DNA from: Setoptus koraiensis
Taxonomy: Eukaryota; Animalia; Arthropoda
DNA length: 64,000 nucleotides
NCBI GenBank assembly: GCA_048013815.1
Contig: CM106586.1
Location: 7,130,001-7,194,000 of the forward strand
Reading direction: 5' to 3'
Part shown: positions 25,968 to 38,300 of the stretch, in pieces
Layout of the letters: each line of letters begins with the position of its first letter
Position numbering within the stretch: the first letter of the stretch is position 1
Notes under the pieces: model-generated
The model's input: the letters and a program-made list of their open reading frames with translations, nothing else
Told to the model about the DNA's origin: nothing
Database searches by the model: none
Position numbers and translations under genes: made by a program

Positions 25968-26030
25968 GGCCATATTTCTATGCAGTTCCATATACAATTG
26001 ATATTTATGGAATGTAAAGAAGTATGGAGT
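25968..26030 (+). ncRNA. mir-1: microRNA mir-1 precursor, copy 3
   Basis: Mature TGGAATGTAAAGAAGTATGGAG at 26008-26029; 5' arm CCATATTTCTATGCAGTTCCATA. Confidence 0.95.
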
Positions 26031-26301
26031 GAATAAGGATTGCAACTCCGAGTTATTAAGTAAGCAAATATCCATAAAATTATTATAGGTAATACGTGCC
26101 AGAAAAGTTCCAGTTACCGTGCTACTTTGTAGAAATCGTGTCTTCTATTATCAAAAAATATTTATTTCCTGTTTGGATTAAATAATTTCAAATAAAATTT
26201 TACTCTGGGTGATAACAAGTTCAAAATCATCAAGTTTGTTATTGCTACATAATATATTTAATCGCGACTTATGGCGAAAAGGCTAATTCATCATATAAAA
26301 T

Positions 26302-26949
26302 TTAAGCTGCATCATCGGGGTAAATGACCCTCCGCTGTTTCTTATTTTTGCCCATATTTGACAATCCTATTCTCAGAGGTGGCCTTCGTTTACGGTTTGT
26401 TTCACCGATAGTGGGTCCAATGTACCCTCTGATCGGCATCGAGACTTCCTCCAGATTGTTCCTAATGAACTGCTTCTTCCTCAATTCTTTGTACAATTCA
26501 AGGTCTTCATCTTGAAGATCGGTTTGGGTTTGAGCATCTTTAACTTCAACCACAGCTTGAATTTCGCGATCTTTGGATTGAGCCTTGCCGATAAAACATG
26601 TGCTAGATACCTCGAAATTCACTTTCTTGGGAGCCGTTTCCGTCTTTTGGTTTCTTGGTTGAGGACATAGAAAGATATGTGCTTTAAGAGCATTGTCCAC
26701 CTGTGGTTTCTCCTGCACTGGTCCATTTTTTACTAGTTCTTCCTTGACTGATTCATCCTTTTCTAGTTCAACCTCGACTAATTCATCCTTTACTAATTCC
26801 TCTTTTGCTGAATTGTTCTTCACTGGTTTGATATTCTCACTATTTTTGCAGTTTCTATTTTGTCTCCTCCGAGGTGGATCTGAACGAAAATTTTGCATAA
26901 TATCTTCAGGAATCTGTGAGAATTCAAATACGTCTTCCTGTGTAGACAT
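26302..26949 (-). CDS. Uncharacterised charged protein, 215 aa, with KDAQTQT motif
   Basis: ATG-initiated 215-codon ORF in AT-rich DNA. K/E-rich, with (K)(E/D)ELV pentapeptide repeats, KDAQTQT and a basic RKRRPP stretch. Confidence 0.65.
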   Translation of the reverse strand: MSTQEDVFEFSQIPEDIMQNFRSDPPRRRQNRNCKNSENIKPVKNNSAKEELVKDELVEVELEKDESVKEELVKNGPVQEKPQVDNALKAHIFLCPQPRNQKTETAPKKVNFEVSSTCFIGKAQSKDREIQAVVEVKDAQTQTDLQDEDLELYKELRKKQFIRNNLEEVSMPIRGYIGPTIGETNRKRRPPLRIGLSNMGKNKKQRRVIYPDDAA

Positions 26950-27478
26950 TTTGGAATGGCGTTGTTTTATATCAGGTCTAGATGAAACACATTGAGTGAT
27001 AAGCAGCAGCCGGACTTATGCAATGACTTAGTGTTGGATAAGCTGTATCATGTTGCCGATTTAATTGTCGAACTTTTTCAAACTCAAGCACTACCACTGC
27101 TGAGAATGCATTGCAAGTGATTGTGCATTGATTGCAAAGCACGCTCAGAAGCGCAATATTGTGGCTTATCAATGTGCCATTTTTGTTCGCACAGAAAGCA
27201 TTTTCTACAGCGAAGCGCAGTTACAGCGAGGCCAGTTGTGCTGTAAGCGATGGCTGAAAACAAACATGTGATAGGTACACATTTTTTCAGAGCACGTTGC
27301 AATCTAGAAGCAACAGATTCCGTCTTGTACCAGTACAGATATCCAAATATTAACACTACCGACATACTGGATGAATGACTCATGTTATTATTGACCCCAA
27401 ATAGATCATTGACATTTACTAAAGAATCACCGGATCATTTATCAGAATTTACAGGCGAAGCAGAGGCTAGTTGTCACA

Positions 27479-29500
27479 ATGGATCATCAGACGATCAAAA
27501 ACAACATTGATAATTGTATTGCCAGTTCGGTGTCAACCATCAATCAGTCAAGATCATCATTGAAAACACGCGATTCGGCCCTTCACACTCTGAGATCATG
27601 CCTGGCGAAATTGAAATTGAACACATTTATTATCAAGGAACTAAGCCCGAGTAAGAGAATGTCCATCATAGAATGTTTATGTGATGTCTATGCAAATAAA
27701 CAACGGACCCAGTTGGATTTTGATTGTCTTCTAATGTGCCTCAAGGTGCTCCCAAATGACTGTAGCGTCATGAGAGGAAAAATATTTCAACATCTGCAAG
27801 TGCATGCCAATCACGCCAATAGAAATCAAGCATTTAATCCACTGGTCACCGTCATCGCCGACTGCATGGCTCGCTTATATACTCTGGTGAAAAAAGGTGT
27901 CTCACACAATGGCAAAAGTCTCGACACTTGCTCACAAGAAGCATGGAAAGAAGGTATGGCGGCACAATTGACAACTATAGAGCGAAATGTTGATTTAATA
28001 AGTAGCATCTGCAACATTGCATCATCAAAAGTGATAAGACGAGACGAATCCAATAATGCAAGCGGTGATTTTCATAATCCAAAAGTTAGCATCAGTAACG
28101 ATAATCAATCCTATGATATTAAAATCATGGGCTACATTCGAAACATTGATTTTGCTTCTCACGTAATCTGCTCGCTGATATTAATTGGTGTTAGATTCGA
28201 AAAGCCCATTCCAATTACTGTCATTTTGAGAGTATTCGAAAGACTTTCGAATATACGGTGGAGAAGTTATCCCAAGAAACCTCATGGTCAAGATAAGCAA
28301 CTTATCTATAGCCATTCTGTAAGCTTTGTCAGGTTACATTTGATGATTTTGCACGCTCTCTTCAGAGCTTGCGACAGCAATCTTATAAGATACACAGTTT
28401 CTATCAATTCCAGCGTCCTTGGTATGCTCGAATGGACCAGGATCAGCCTTTCGAAGACACTAGAAAAGGCATCTTTAATCGATCTCCGTTGCGCGATCTA
28501 TCAATTTGTTGAAGCGATGCTTGGAACGCTCTTTCTGAATGTCAACTTGGAACAAACTCAACTTGAAAAACTCATATTCACAGAAATTCTCCAAGACTCA
28601 CGACCGAATTTCATTGATGAATACCCCATACAGGACCTCAACGACAAATCTTCAAGATGCTCTGCATATGAATCATATGCAAATACCGCGTTGGCTAAAT
28701 TGACCACTAAGAGTCTCAGCTGCCTCAACAAATTGGTTGTTGTTTATAAAGGCTTCTTAGATCCAGGTTTAGACATCAAAATCAAGCGCTTCGCGATTGT
28801 AACTTGCTTGGATATTTACAGGGAGTTCGATGACATTCAATATCCTTACGATATCTCACACTGCCGCCTCGAACTCATCAAACTTTTGACATCTCTTGCC
28901 AATGAACCATGCAGTACTTCCACATCAGAGATTGTTGACTTCATTCTTGAGCAAGCAATAAGATTTGATCCAGATAGTGAGATAGGCTTCACGTGTCAGG
29001 CGTCTCTGAAGAACAGTCTTACACGTCCAGTTCTTGTCTCTCACCATGACGCGTACACCATCTTTGGGCGACATATGGACCTGGAACAGCAGCTAGACCA
29101 GCTTGAGCAGATTGGAGAAACAAAAGGAAACGACGAAAGAGGTGCGCATGAAAGAGAAGAAGATAAGGATGGAGAGCAAGAAGTACTGATGGAAGGAGAA
29201 GAACAAGAAAAAGTAGAGAGGGAAGCCGAGGAGAAGGAAAAACAGGAAGCAAAGGGAGAAAGAGAAAAAGTGGCAGAGAGAGAACCAGAGGATAAGGGAG
29301 AAGAGGAAGCAAAGAAGAAGGTAGAGGAGAAAGCAAAGGAGATTGAAAACACAAAAGAAGACGTAATACATCTAGATGATAGTGATGCGGAAGTTGAACA
29401 AATGATGCAAGATTTTGTTGATACCGAAAACAAATCTATGGAAAACTTTTTTGATAGTGAGCAAATTATGCAAGACTTTGTTGTTGATACTGTGGACTGA
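27479..29500 (+). CDS. PELP1: PELP1/Rix1-like protein (60S biogenesis), 673 aa, single exon
   Basis: Helical N-terminal domain. PIPITVILRVFERLS and YPYDISHCRLELIKLLTSL...DSEIGFTCQASL resemble PELP1 core motifs as recalled. Glu-rich tail ends in VIHLDDSD and MMQDFVD. Confidence 0.72.
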   Translation: MDHQTIKNNIDNCIASSVSTINQSRSSLKTRDSALHTLRSCLAKLKLNTFIIKELSPSKRMSIIECLCDVYANKQRTQLDFDCLLMCLKVLPNDCSVMRGKIFQHLQVHANHANRNQAFNPLVTVIADCMARLYTLVKKGVSHNGKSLDTCSQEAWKEGMAAQLTTIERNVDLISSICNIASSKVIRRDESNNASGDFHNPKVSISNDNQSYDIKIMGYIRNIDFASHVICSLILIGVRFEKPIPITVILRVFERLSNIRWRSYPKKPHGQDKQLIYSHSVSFVRLHLMILHALFRACDSNLIRYTVSINSSVLGMLEWTRISLSKTLEKASLIDLRCAIYQFVEAMLGTLFLNVNLEQTQLEKLIFTEILQDSRPNFIDEYPIQDLNDKSSRCSAYESYANTALAKLTTKSLSCLNKLVVVYKGFLDPGLDIKIKRFAIVTCLDIYREFDDIQYPYDISHCRLELIKLLTSLANEPCSTSTSEIVDFILEQAIRFDPDSEIGFTCQASLKNSLTRPVLVSHHDAYTIFGRHMDLEQQLDQLEQIGETKGNDERGAHEREEDKDGEQEVLMEGEEQEKVEREAEEKEKQEAKGEREKVAEREPEDKGEEEAKKKVEEKAKEIENTKEDVIHLDDSDAEVEQMMQDFVDTENKSMENFFDSEQIMQDFVVDTVD

Positions 29501-29534
29501 TAAATTTTATATCATAGTGTAGCACCTATTTCTT

Positions 29535-30672
29535 TTATTCACTTTTGAGACGTTTTTCGACTGGCATCGATCCTTCTAATCTTGGTCCATATGTGTGAAG
29601 ACTGAGTGTACCTAACCATTGTAGCATAGATTTTTCTTTTAATTCAGCTTCGACTACTACAGGGTATATATGTTCGTTCTTAAAGTTATCAATCTTATCT
29701 GAGACTGACTCCCACTTTATAGGATCGTGGTGACCATCTCCACCAAATCTCTTATTATACCTGTCGAAATGTGTTTCTTCTAACATAAGGCCTACACCTG
29801 GTGCTTTTGGTATATCCATCCTGTCAGATTCGAAGGACTTTTTGATATGCTCTTCGCTAGCAAAGCCCTTCATTACCGCGATCGCTAAACCGATCATTTT
29901 TCTAATCTGATGCATCATGAATGACTGACCTTTGACACGAATAATCACGAATTCTAAATCGTCTTGATTACATGGATAGAATGGATCGCTACACTCCATC
30001 ATGTGAATTCGTCGAACAACACTTGGATCGTTCGGCTTCTTTCCGGATGTAAAGTTGTGGAAGCAGTGATTTCCGACATATCCACCGAGAATATTATTGA
30101 ATTGTTTAATAATTAGCTCACCAGCCTTAAATTTCTCTGTGGTTAGTTCTTCTGGAGGAGCTAGTGCAAATGACGGCATCAGATATGAGTAGGTTCTAGC
30201 ATCACAATAGTTTTTGGAACAAAATGCTTGTGTCACACGTCTGACACCCATAACTCTTATGTCTTTGGGTAATTTTTCATTCAAATCCTCGATTTTTTCT
30301 GGTAGAGTTTCTCTAACTTTCATAGAGCAAATTTGCCTTATCGCAGATACACTTTTGTCTGTTCTGGCGGCCCTCTGAAAATGGTATTCCTGAGGCTTAT
30401 GGAATTGTTCTTCTGAAATAATTTCACAGTCCCGAAGGGCTTCCATAAGTGGTTCTTCTACAGTCTTTGTGCCTGGATTTCTGTTGGGATAAGGAATCTA
30501 ATTCATTTATGTTAACATATTGGATATCTAATCTTATAAGTTTACTTTTATACGAAATTACAGCTAGAACAAAGAAATCTGGTACTCACCTCTGCATTCC
30601 AAAGTAATTTTTGCCGCAATAACTCAATAGCATACAAAACTTGCGAGTCTTTATTCTCTTCACACCACTCAT
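29535..30672 (-). CDS. PUS1: tRNA pseudouridine synthase 1 (TruA family)
   Basis: Exon 30672-30590 (MSGVKRIKTRKFCMLLSYCGKNYFGMQR), intron 30589-30481, exon 30480-29535. Motifs FQRAARTDKSVSA, CDARTYSYLMP, GNHCFHNFTSG, KGQSFMMHQIRKMIG and IPKAPGVGLMLE. Further N-terminal sequence is possible. Confidence 0.92.
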
Positions 30673-32371
30673 GGTTGTGGCCGGCGTCAATAACAAAAAA
30701 GTATAAAATAAGATTAAGGATCCGACCCCTAAAAATATTATTCTATGAAAATAATCAGACTTTATATTACATGCTGGTGGTAACATATGCATGTGAAACA
30801 AGAAATGTAAATACAAATTTTTGATTCAGACACGTGGGTGCAAAGCTGCACATATCCATCGTGCTCACGAAAGAATTCAGCACAGAAAAATTCCGGCACA
30901 GAAACTGCATGATTTTGTGCTGCCTTTTGCTTCACAATTTAATATTGTTGGCGCCTTTTTTAGAGTACCGAGCTCACGTAATGGTAATGCGGGGGAGGGG
31001 GACTCCGTTCCCTGTTTTCTCGTTTCTCGATCTCTTATCCTCACAAAATGAACGCATTCAGAACAATTCCATCTTAGTTGGCAAGACAACAGCAAGAGTA
31101 TTTAATGTCTTGATTATACTAGTGCTCATGGAGAGATAAAACACAAGATTTCGTTCAGCCTTCTTACACACAGCCTAAGATTGTCGTTGGCTTGAAAGTC
31201 TACTGATGGAAGATTTGATTCGATGGGAAGAGTCTTCGTAGGAGCATTCATTATGCAATGTTACTACTGTTTATATAGTAGCGAGAGAATGACTGTAGGT
31301 CCTAGTTTAGATGTTACAACATGGTACCTTGTGTGTTGCTCTCTCTCGAGAGTAGTCATGTAAGACTTTATGCTCTCACGAACTGATTACCACACAGATT
31401 CAGTCATCAGAAAATGTGGTATTGTAAAGTTAGAGATTATAAAATAAACACAACAATCGTGAATATCCGAGCTGAACATGTTACGGCAAGACTCGATCTG
31501 CATAAAGCATACTGCATAAAGTATAGTTTGAGAAGCATATCTATATGTTCGATCATGATTGTTACAGGCTTACATCATGGCAATTTAAAGTTGAAACAAT
31601 TATAGAAAGATATAATATAATACCGTATATTGAATCACATCTAAGCATTATCCTGTATGAAATCATCTAATCAGGAAATCGAGCCCGCGAAGGGCCATTG
31701 TGTAGCGATTGTACCCGGTTGGTATCTAGGTCTAGTGTGCAGTGTTTTTGTTGATTGGGTAGAAACGAAGGCACTTCAATATATACTGAGCAAGACTGTT
31801 GAGCGATGGGTACAGTGTGTAGTATAAAATATCACCTCCGATTAGTTCCTCAAGCGACACATTAGAATAATAGTGCGCGCAACAGTTGCGCACAACATGC
31901 TAAATCTAGGCTAGCAAAATAGATGGTAGAAATAGGCCGTAGAGGCGCAGAGGATCACGCTTGTTGTGTCAGCATCACAATGAACAAAATTCAAGGGCAA
32001 ATTTTCTTGAAGTCTCATGGAAATAAATTCGAATCAAGTCTATAAACACGCAAGATGAAAAAGTTCGATTCGCAGCACACACACGCTTATTTCATTGTGT
32101 TATTCAATGACTGATGGATGGAACTTGATAGCATTTCACGATATGGAACTGCAGGCACAAAGGAACGAAGGCGACTCACAGATAAGCAGAAGGGGGTCCC
32201 GTCCGTATTATGATACTATATTAACTATTGGGGAAATTCGCATGCAGGGATGAAATTATTAGCCAGCCTGGCAAGACAAAATTGAGCAAGGAAATCAATT
32301 ATAGGCAGGAAATTACATACATTTTCTTGCAGCAAAATAAAACATTTGTGTTAACATCGGCAATTTATATC

Positions 32372-35300
32372 ATGTCTCAGCAACAATTTAATAGACAGTA
32401 TAATCATGAGAAAAATTATCACAAAAAACCCGTGACAAATCACACATCGGCGTTCATGCAAAAAATTCAACATTCATCAGATAGAAACCGAAGCCATCTC
32501 GCCGGTGATTTATCTGCGCCAGCATCATCATCTTTCACTTATCACGGGGACCAACAGCAAGCTGTCGCTTCTGATCGAGATACCATCGACGAAGACTATC
32601 CATTCTCATTCAATGCACCTGCGACATCTGTAATAGCACCAAAAAATTGTTATACGTCTGCTAGATATCTTGCCAATTCCTCTCCAAGAGCCATGTATCG
32701 AGATTGCGATACGTCGGATCTATCGCCGTCCAGCAGATTTAGTCAATCGAGACAGAGCAAAATTCAAGCAAACCAACAACAAGTAGTCCATCCCGGCCAA
32801 CCTGACCAGAATATTATAAGCAACAATCAATATCAGATCAAGATCGAAAGTCCTTGCTCATACTCAAACTCTTCGCCTACTTCGCGTGACATCTCGATAC
32901 AAAGAGGTAATAGTAATGATAGCATTCAAACGGACCAGCAATCCTCTATGAGTAGCAATATCAATAAAGCATATTATTTGAGATCGCTGAGTCAAGAGGG
33001 TAAGTATGGCATAGTTCCCACCACAAGTAATGCATCAGATCAATATAGCTTCTTTCAAGGGAACGATGCAGGAATGCAACATCAGGCGCAAAAAACAACA
33101 ATCAATGACAGACAAGATTTTGTTGCTTTTGAAGATAGAATTGGAGCTAGCACTAGTCAATCGCCCAATCAGGACATTCTGAGGGGCATAAGACTAGGCA
33201 GATCACTGGATGACAATCCTGATGATAATGTCAATCATGAAAATGGACTGAGTCAACATTCGTCTTCATTTCTAGATCCCTCGTCACCTCTGCAGTCATC
33301 TCAAACGTCGTCAAAGCAATCCTCTCATTCAATCAACAGTTATAATAAGGGCTCTATACCACCATCTAGGAGTGATACGTCAGACTTAAGTTACTACGAC
33401 GAAGGTCAATCATCGCTTGCTGAGAGTCACTCTTTGTCATCGTCGTCAACTGTCACAACTATTGTCAATAATCCAACAAAAACAAGTAATATGCGCTTGT
33501 GGAAAAAGTCGGCTTCGGCTTCTTCAGCTTCATTGCAATCTTCTTCTAGTCATTCTCTGGCAACTATATGTTCATCTTTGAATAATACCTCGCACGGAGA
33601 AGAAATTCAGACACCCTCATTCAATGCAACAGATCATAATCTCGACGATCCAAGTTATGAACAACGAGATACGGTGCCCTCAAACAATTATCCTTACCCC
33701 AGGGAGCAAGTTGCTCGTCGGAAGATCATGGATGAACAATATCGTTTGATATCTTCCTCATTGTCACCTACTCCTTCGACCAGCTCTATACTGACCGAGG
33801 GAATAGTTCTCTCCGATACATGCAATCAATATCCCATCAATGCTTATAGAACCAGATCTGCATCTTCAATAAGCAGTAGATCAAGCCCATCTGAATCCAA
33901 TCCGCAATCTCTGCCTATGCCGGTTGGACAGAATTTACCTCCCAACGAAAACTATCACAATCTTGGAAATAGATCAACTGACTTGAAGAATAAGGCATCT
34001 TCGTCTAGACTTCGCCGAGAACCCGCAATTGTATGCCCTGATACAGACATCACTCTGCAAACAAGATATGGGCCAACAATTAAGTATGGATTGGAAAAAA
34101 GTGAAACTGTTGGGGCAAATATGATGAACTTTGATAGGATTCACACAAAAAATGAAACCATAGATGTTGATAACTCGAGCATGAAGGATCGACCATTCGC
34201 TAATAGGTCGGGCAACTACCCTTCGATGACTTATTCGCAATCACAAGATGATAAGTTAGGATCTGATTTTCCTAGCCAAGTATCGAAGGATAATCATGGG
34301 CAAAGAGTTGATGGGCGAATACTTACAAGAAAACCTGACAATTCAATTGCGGCTAATGCTGATAAATTTCAATTCTCAAAACAAGAGACACTTCCATACA
34401 ACAACCCCTACATATCACCAACTTACAGCAAGTATTACATAATGAATGAAAACGATGGAACCATCAGTCAACCCGTCACTAAAACAAAAATCAATTCTTA
34501 CATTGATTGCAATAAAGAATCCCGGGACGCGACTGTTAAAAATCTATGTGATTCGTCGAAGCAATATGTGCCTCAGATTTGTTTACAAACTATCTCAGAT
34601 TGCTCTTCTGATGGATCACACCTGGAAGAATGGAACAGAAGATCTCCGAAGATCTATGTAAGAAAAGATGATGATTTGATGCTTCCAACAAACGACTCAT
34701 CGATCTCGCGCCCAGATGCTCAATCTTGTTCCTCTTCAAAACAACGTAATGTCTCCATGTTAGTTCCAAGTGTATCTGTTAACAATGATCCAGCAATTGA
34801 AGAAAATCGAATAACCGCTTCGGTGATCAAATGTGTACAGGCTGATCAAATCAAAACTGAACCCATCATTTCAGATGAAAATATCCAGTTTGATAAGATG
34901 TCGAAGATAAACAATTCAAGGAGAAGATCCCCGATTGACGAGAAAGACAACTGTAACAAACTCAAGGCTGAGTTGCGACATTTGCGAGAGGTGAATTTAG
35001 AGCTACAGAGGAAAGTGAAATATCTTGAAGATCTAAAACTAATCAATGACAGTCGTCAATACGCGACAGCACTATCTACCGCTACAAACAACATGTCAAG
35101 GCGAATATCTAGGGCTGGAACAAAATTTTTCGATCAATCTATGCCAACTTATGATGATTATCGTAAATACTCGTGCAAATCAACACACAATGAAAAATTT
35201 CCATCCAAAGATTGCCTTAAACAACACAAGAATGCTGAAAAACATCTTATTGGCTCAGATGGAAGTTTCGAAAGCAATTCGAAAGGACTCCCCGAAAAGC

Positions 35301-38300
35301 ATCGAATCTCTTCGAAGCACAAAAAACGAGATAGCCTTCCAGCTCACAATGGATTTAATTGGACTCGAAACCGTAGTAAGTCAGTGGGCTACGGCATTTC
35401 ACGAAAATCTCCTATGGCAGATACTGAAGCATCATTGCAAGAATTACCACCAAATTATAACAATAAATCAAATCAATCGAGGGATAAATACTCTAAGGCA
35501 GGTAGTAAGAGGTTTCCTTGGACCAGAGTCAAAGAGGCCTTTGGTTGGATTAATCAACCACAATCAGGCAACATGGAAGAAGCGTTTGGAGATCTACCGT
35601 ACTCCATAACCGTCGAAGACATTGTCTACGACCAAGAAAGTATTTCGGGTGAACAATCTGATCCCGAAGACACGAATAAACTTCCAAAAGAGAAACAAAC
35701 ATTGCCTAAAACCTTAGACATCCATAATACATCACAGCCATCATCGCGCACAAGCTCGAAAAAATGGTATAACATGAAGACTATCATCGGGCCAAATAAA
35801 AAACCCTGCCAGAATTCCGATGGACCCCCTCGCAAATTACCAAAGTCTGATAAAAATGCTTCTCCTTATTCAATGAACGAACAACATTGCGAAAGTAATA
35901 TAGATAATATAAGTATTGATTACACTAGTGAAGTTACTACTGTCAGTGAGTGCAGCGACAACTCATCTAGACGCCAACAGAATTCTCAAGAATTTCTATT
36001 GTATGTGGATAAGGTGCATCAAGCTGAATTCGATGCTATAAATCAAGGCAAATCTAACATCAAGTATAATTCTAGAAACAATCTTTCTGGAATGTCTGAT
36101 AATCAACAGAGAGACAGCAATGATTCAAATAATAGACCCAGATCAATCCGAAAAGGAAAAACTTCGGAAGCAATATCTTCGACTAATAAGATCGAAAATT
36201 TTACAAGCCACCCGAAAATATCTGGTTATGCGGAGTCTACAATTAACTCTAGTTCATCAATGGTCCCGACTCGCTCTCCCTCAATAAGTAGCCAAGCTCC
36301 ATCTAGTCCATCGTACATGTGCACATCTAGTTTGACAGAAAATCATAGGTTAAACTCTCCAGATCCGCTGACTCGAAATGCTAATAATAAATCATCTCGG
36401 TGGAAGCAAATGAAAAAGGTATTCACAAATTTTGATACGAATCTCAAATCTCCAACTGCAATCGACACTGCGTCAGTATTAGACGTGAGTCTAAGCCCCG
36501 CTCAACCTAGTCCTTCTACTTCATGTCACTTCACTTTCGATATCCGCCGAGAGAAAGAACAATCGACAGATGAATTTTCAACACCAAAGTCACCACAAGA
36601 CACAAATCTTCCAAATACAAGCGAGAGCACAAACAATTGCGTAGTGAATTTGTCATCTGGATCCAAAAACTCTTTCTTCAAGAAAGAACCAATAGAGCAA
36701 TTTAGTGACACAGACAAAAACAAGTTCATTCCATTATCAATCTCAAAGTCCACACCTGTGGCTAATCTAGTAAATGAACTGCAGAAAAATTTAACCAATG
36801 ACTTCAATAAAAAAAACCAAGAGTGGGAGAAGAGGAAAAATATGGGCACATCTGAAACAGCATATGCAAATGTTTCTAAGAAGAATAGCACTAAAGTGGA
36901 AAAAGATCTGGATGTTAATCTGCCCCCTGGCAGTAGTAAACAGACCCCACCACACTCTAGATCGGCGTCGCCGACTCTAGGACAAATCTCTAGTCACTCA
37001 ATTGACCAAGCGGCCAACAACAATATTACCCTTTCTTGTAAAGCAGACAAGCAAAAAGTAAATTGGCTCGATAAAGAACTCCAGAAGATCCAGAAAGAAT
37101 GGGAAAAGCTACGCAAAGAAGAGTTAAAGTACGAAGAGAGAGCAACTAGATTGATGCGATTAAGAGAATCTGTCCTCAGGGGCGACATAGTGAAAGATAA
37201 AAAAGAAGTTTTTGTCAAAACAGCAGCCGGGGAATTTAGATTCGAGGGCATATCTCATGACTTCACCAAGAAACTCTATGAGTGGGAGACAAAGAAGAAC
37301 GTTAAAATGGACATGTCTACGATCGCATTACTAGATAATCTGCAAAACTTCGAATCAAGCCCCACTAAATTTGGTCGTGGTTCGGGTGGAAAGAAAAAGA
37401 GAGACGGAGGTAAACGCAACATTGGCGTTGGAGAAAGTTCTCCAGACGATAACTATTATTGTTGGTTGGATGAAAATATGTTCTTGCTGGACCAGCTCCG
37501 TTCCAAGGAGGAGATTTGCCGCAGGCTTGAGGGAGAATTGAATAAATTAGATGAGGGCATGAACAAAATGAGTAAACAACACGAGCTAGAGATGGGTGAG
37601 TATTGTAAACAGACATATTCTTTTAGACGCAATTTCACAAGTACTAACAAGTAAGTAATAATTTTCATTATATACCCTCTTCACCGATTTTGTTTCAAAA
37701 CGACGTTGAAACCAGAAAAATATCGTCAAAAACTATGGGAATTACATAAGTTACAATCGAATCCGAAAGATATGGAAACTTCCATAAAGTTGATGACGGA
37801 GCTTAAAGGGAAGATCGATGAACTTCAAGCCTGTGGAGAAAGGCTTCGAAATGATAAACAGGCCCTAGAGGTAGGTTGTTACTTCTCTGAAACTCATCTA
37901 GCCTCTGTCTATACTTACAGCAACTGACAATTCAAATCTTCACTTTCTATATCTTATTGATGATTTACAGGATAGCTTCAGGTACCACAGTCAACAGCAG
38001 GCTCACCTGACGATCGACTTGATCGAGAAAATGCGAGACCTTCAGCAGTTGACTTACAACAAATGTGGACTGCCAAATTCATCACAAGAATCGAACACTA
38101 GGAGTAATCAGAAGAGATCATATCTGAAATGTGATATGGAATCATTGTGTAAACTTCACGAACTATCTACACAATTAATGGATCAGGCTAGAAATTTGGA
38201 GAATCGATTGGCCGAAAGAACTCGTCAGATATGTCAACTTAGATGGGAACTAATTGACAGCGATGTCAAAGCAATGCGTATTCAAACAGAGTTGGAAAGT

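Noticed and set aside
25716-26030. Three identical ~25-nt direct repeats with unique spacers resembling a CRISPR array
   Set aside because: Eukaryotic context with no cas genes. The repeat is the miR-1 mature sequence and each copy has its own complementary 5' arm.
27084-27383. 99-aa Cys-containing ORF between the TQT orphan and PELP1
   Set aside because: It occupies the ~530-bp divergent promoter gap and has no recognisable fold or Cys spacing. Cannot be excluded but is unsupported.
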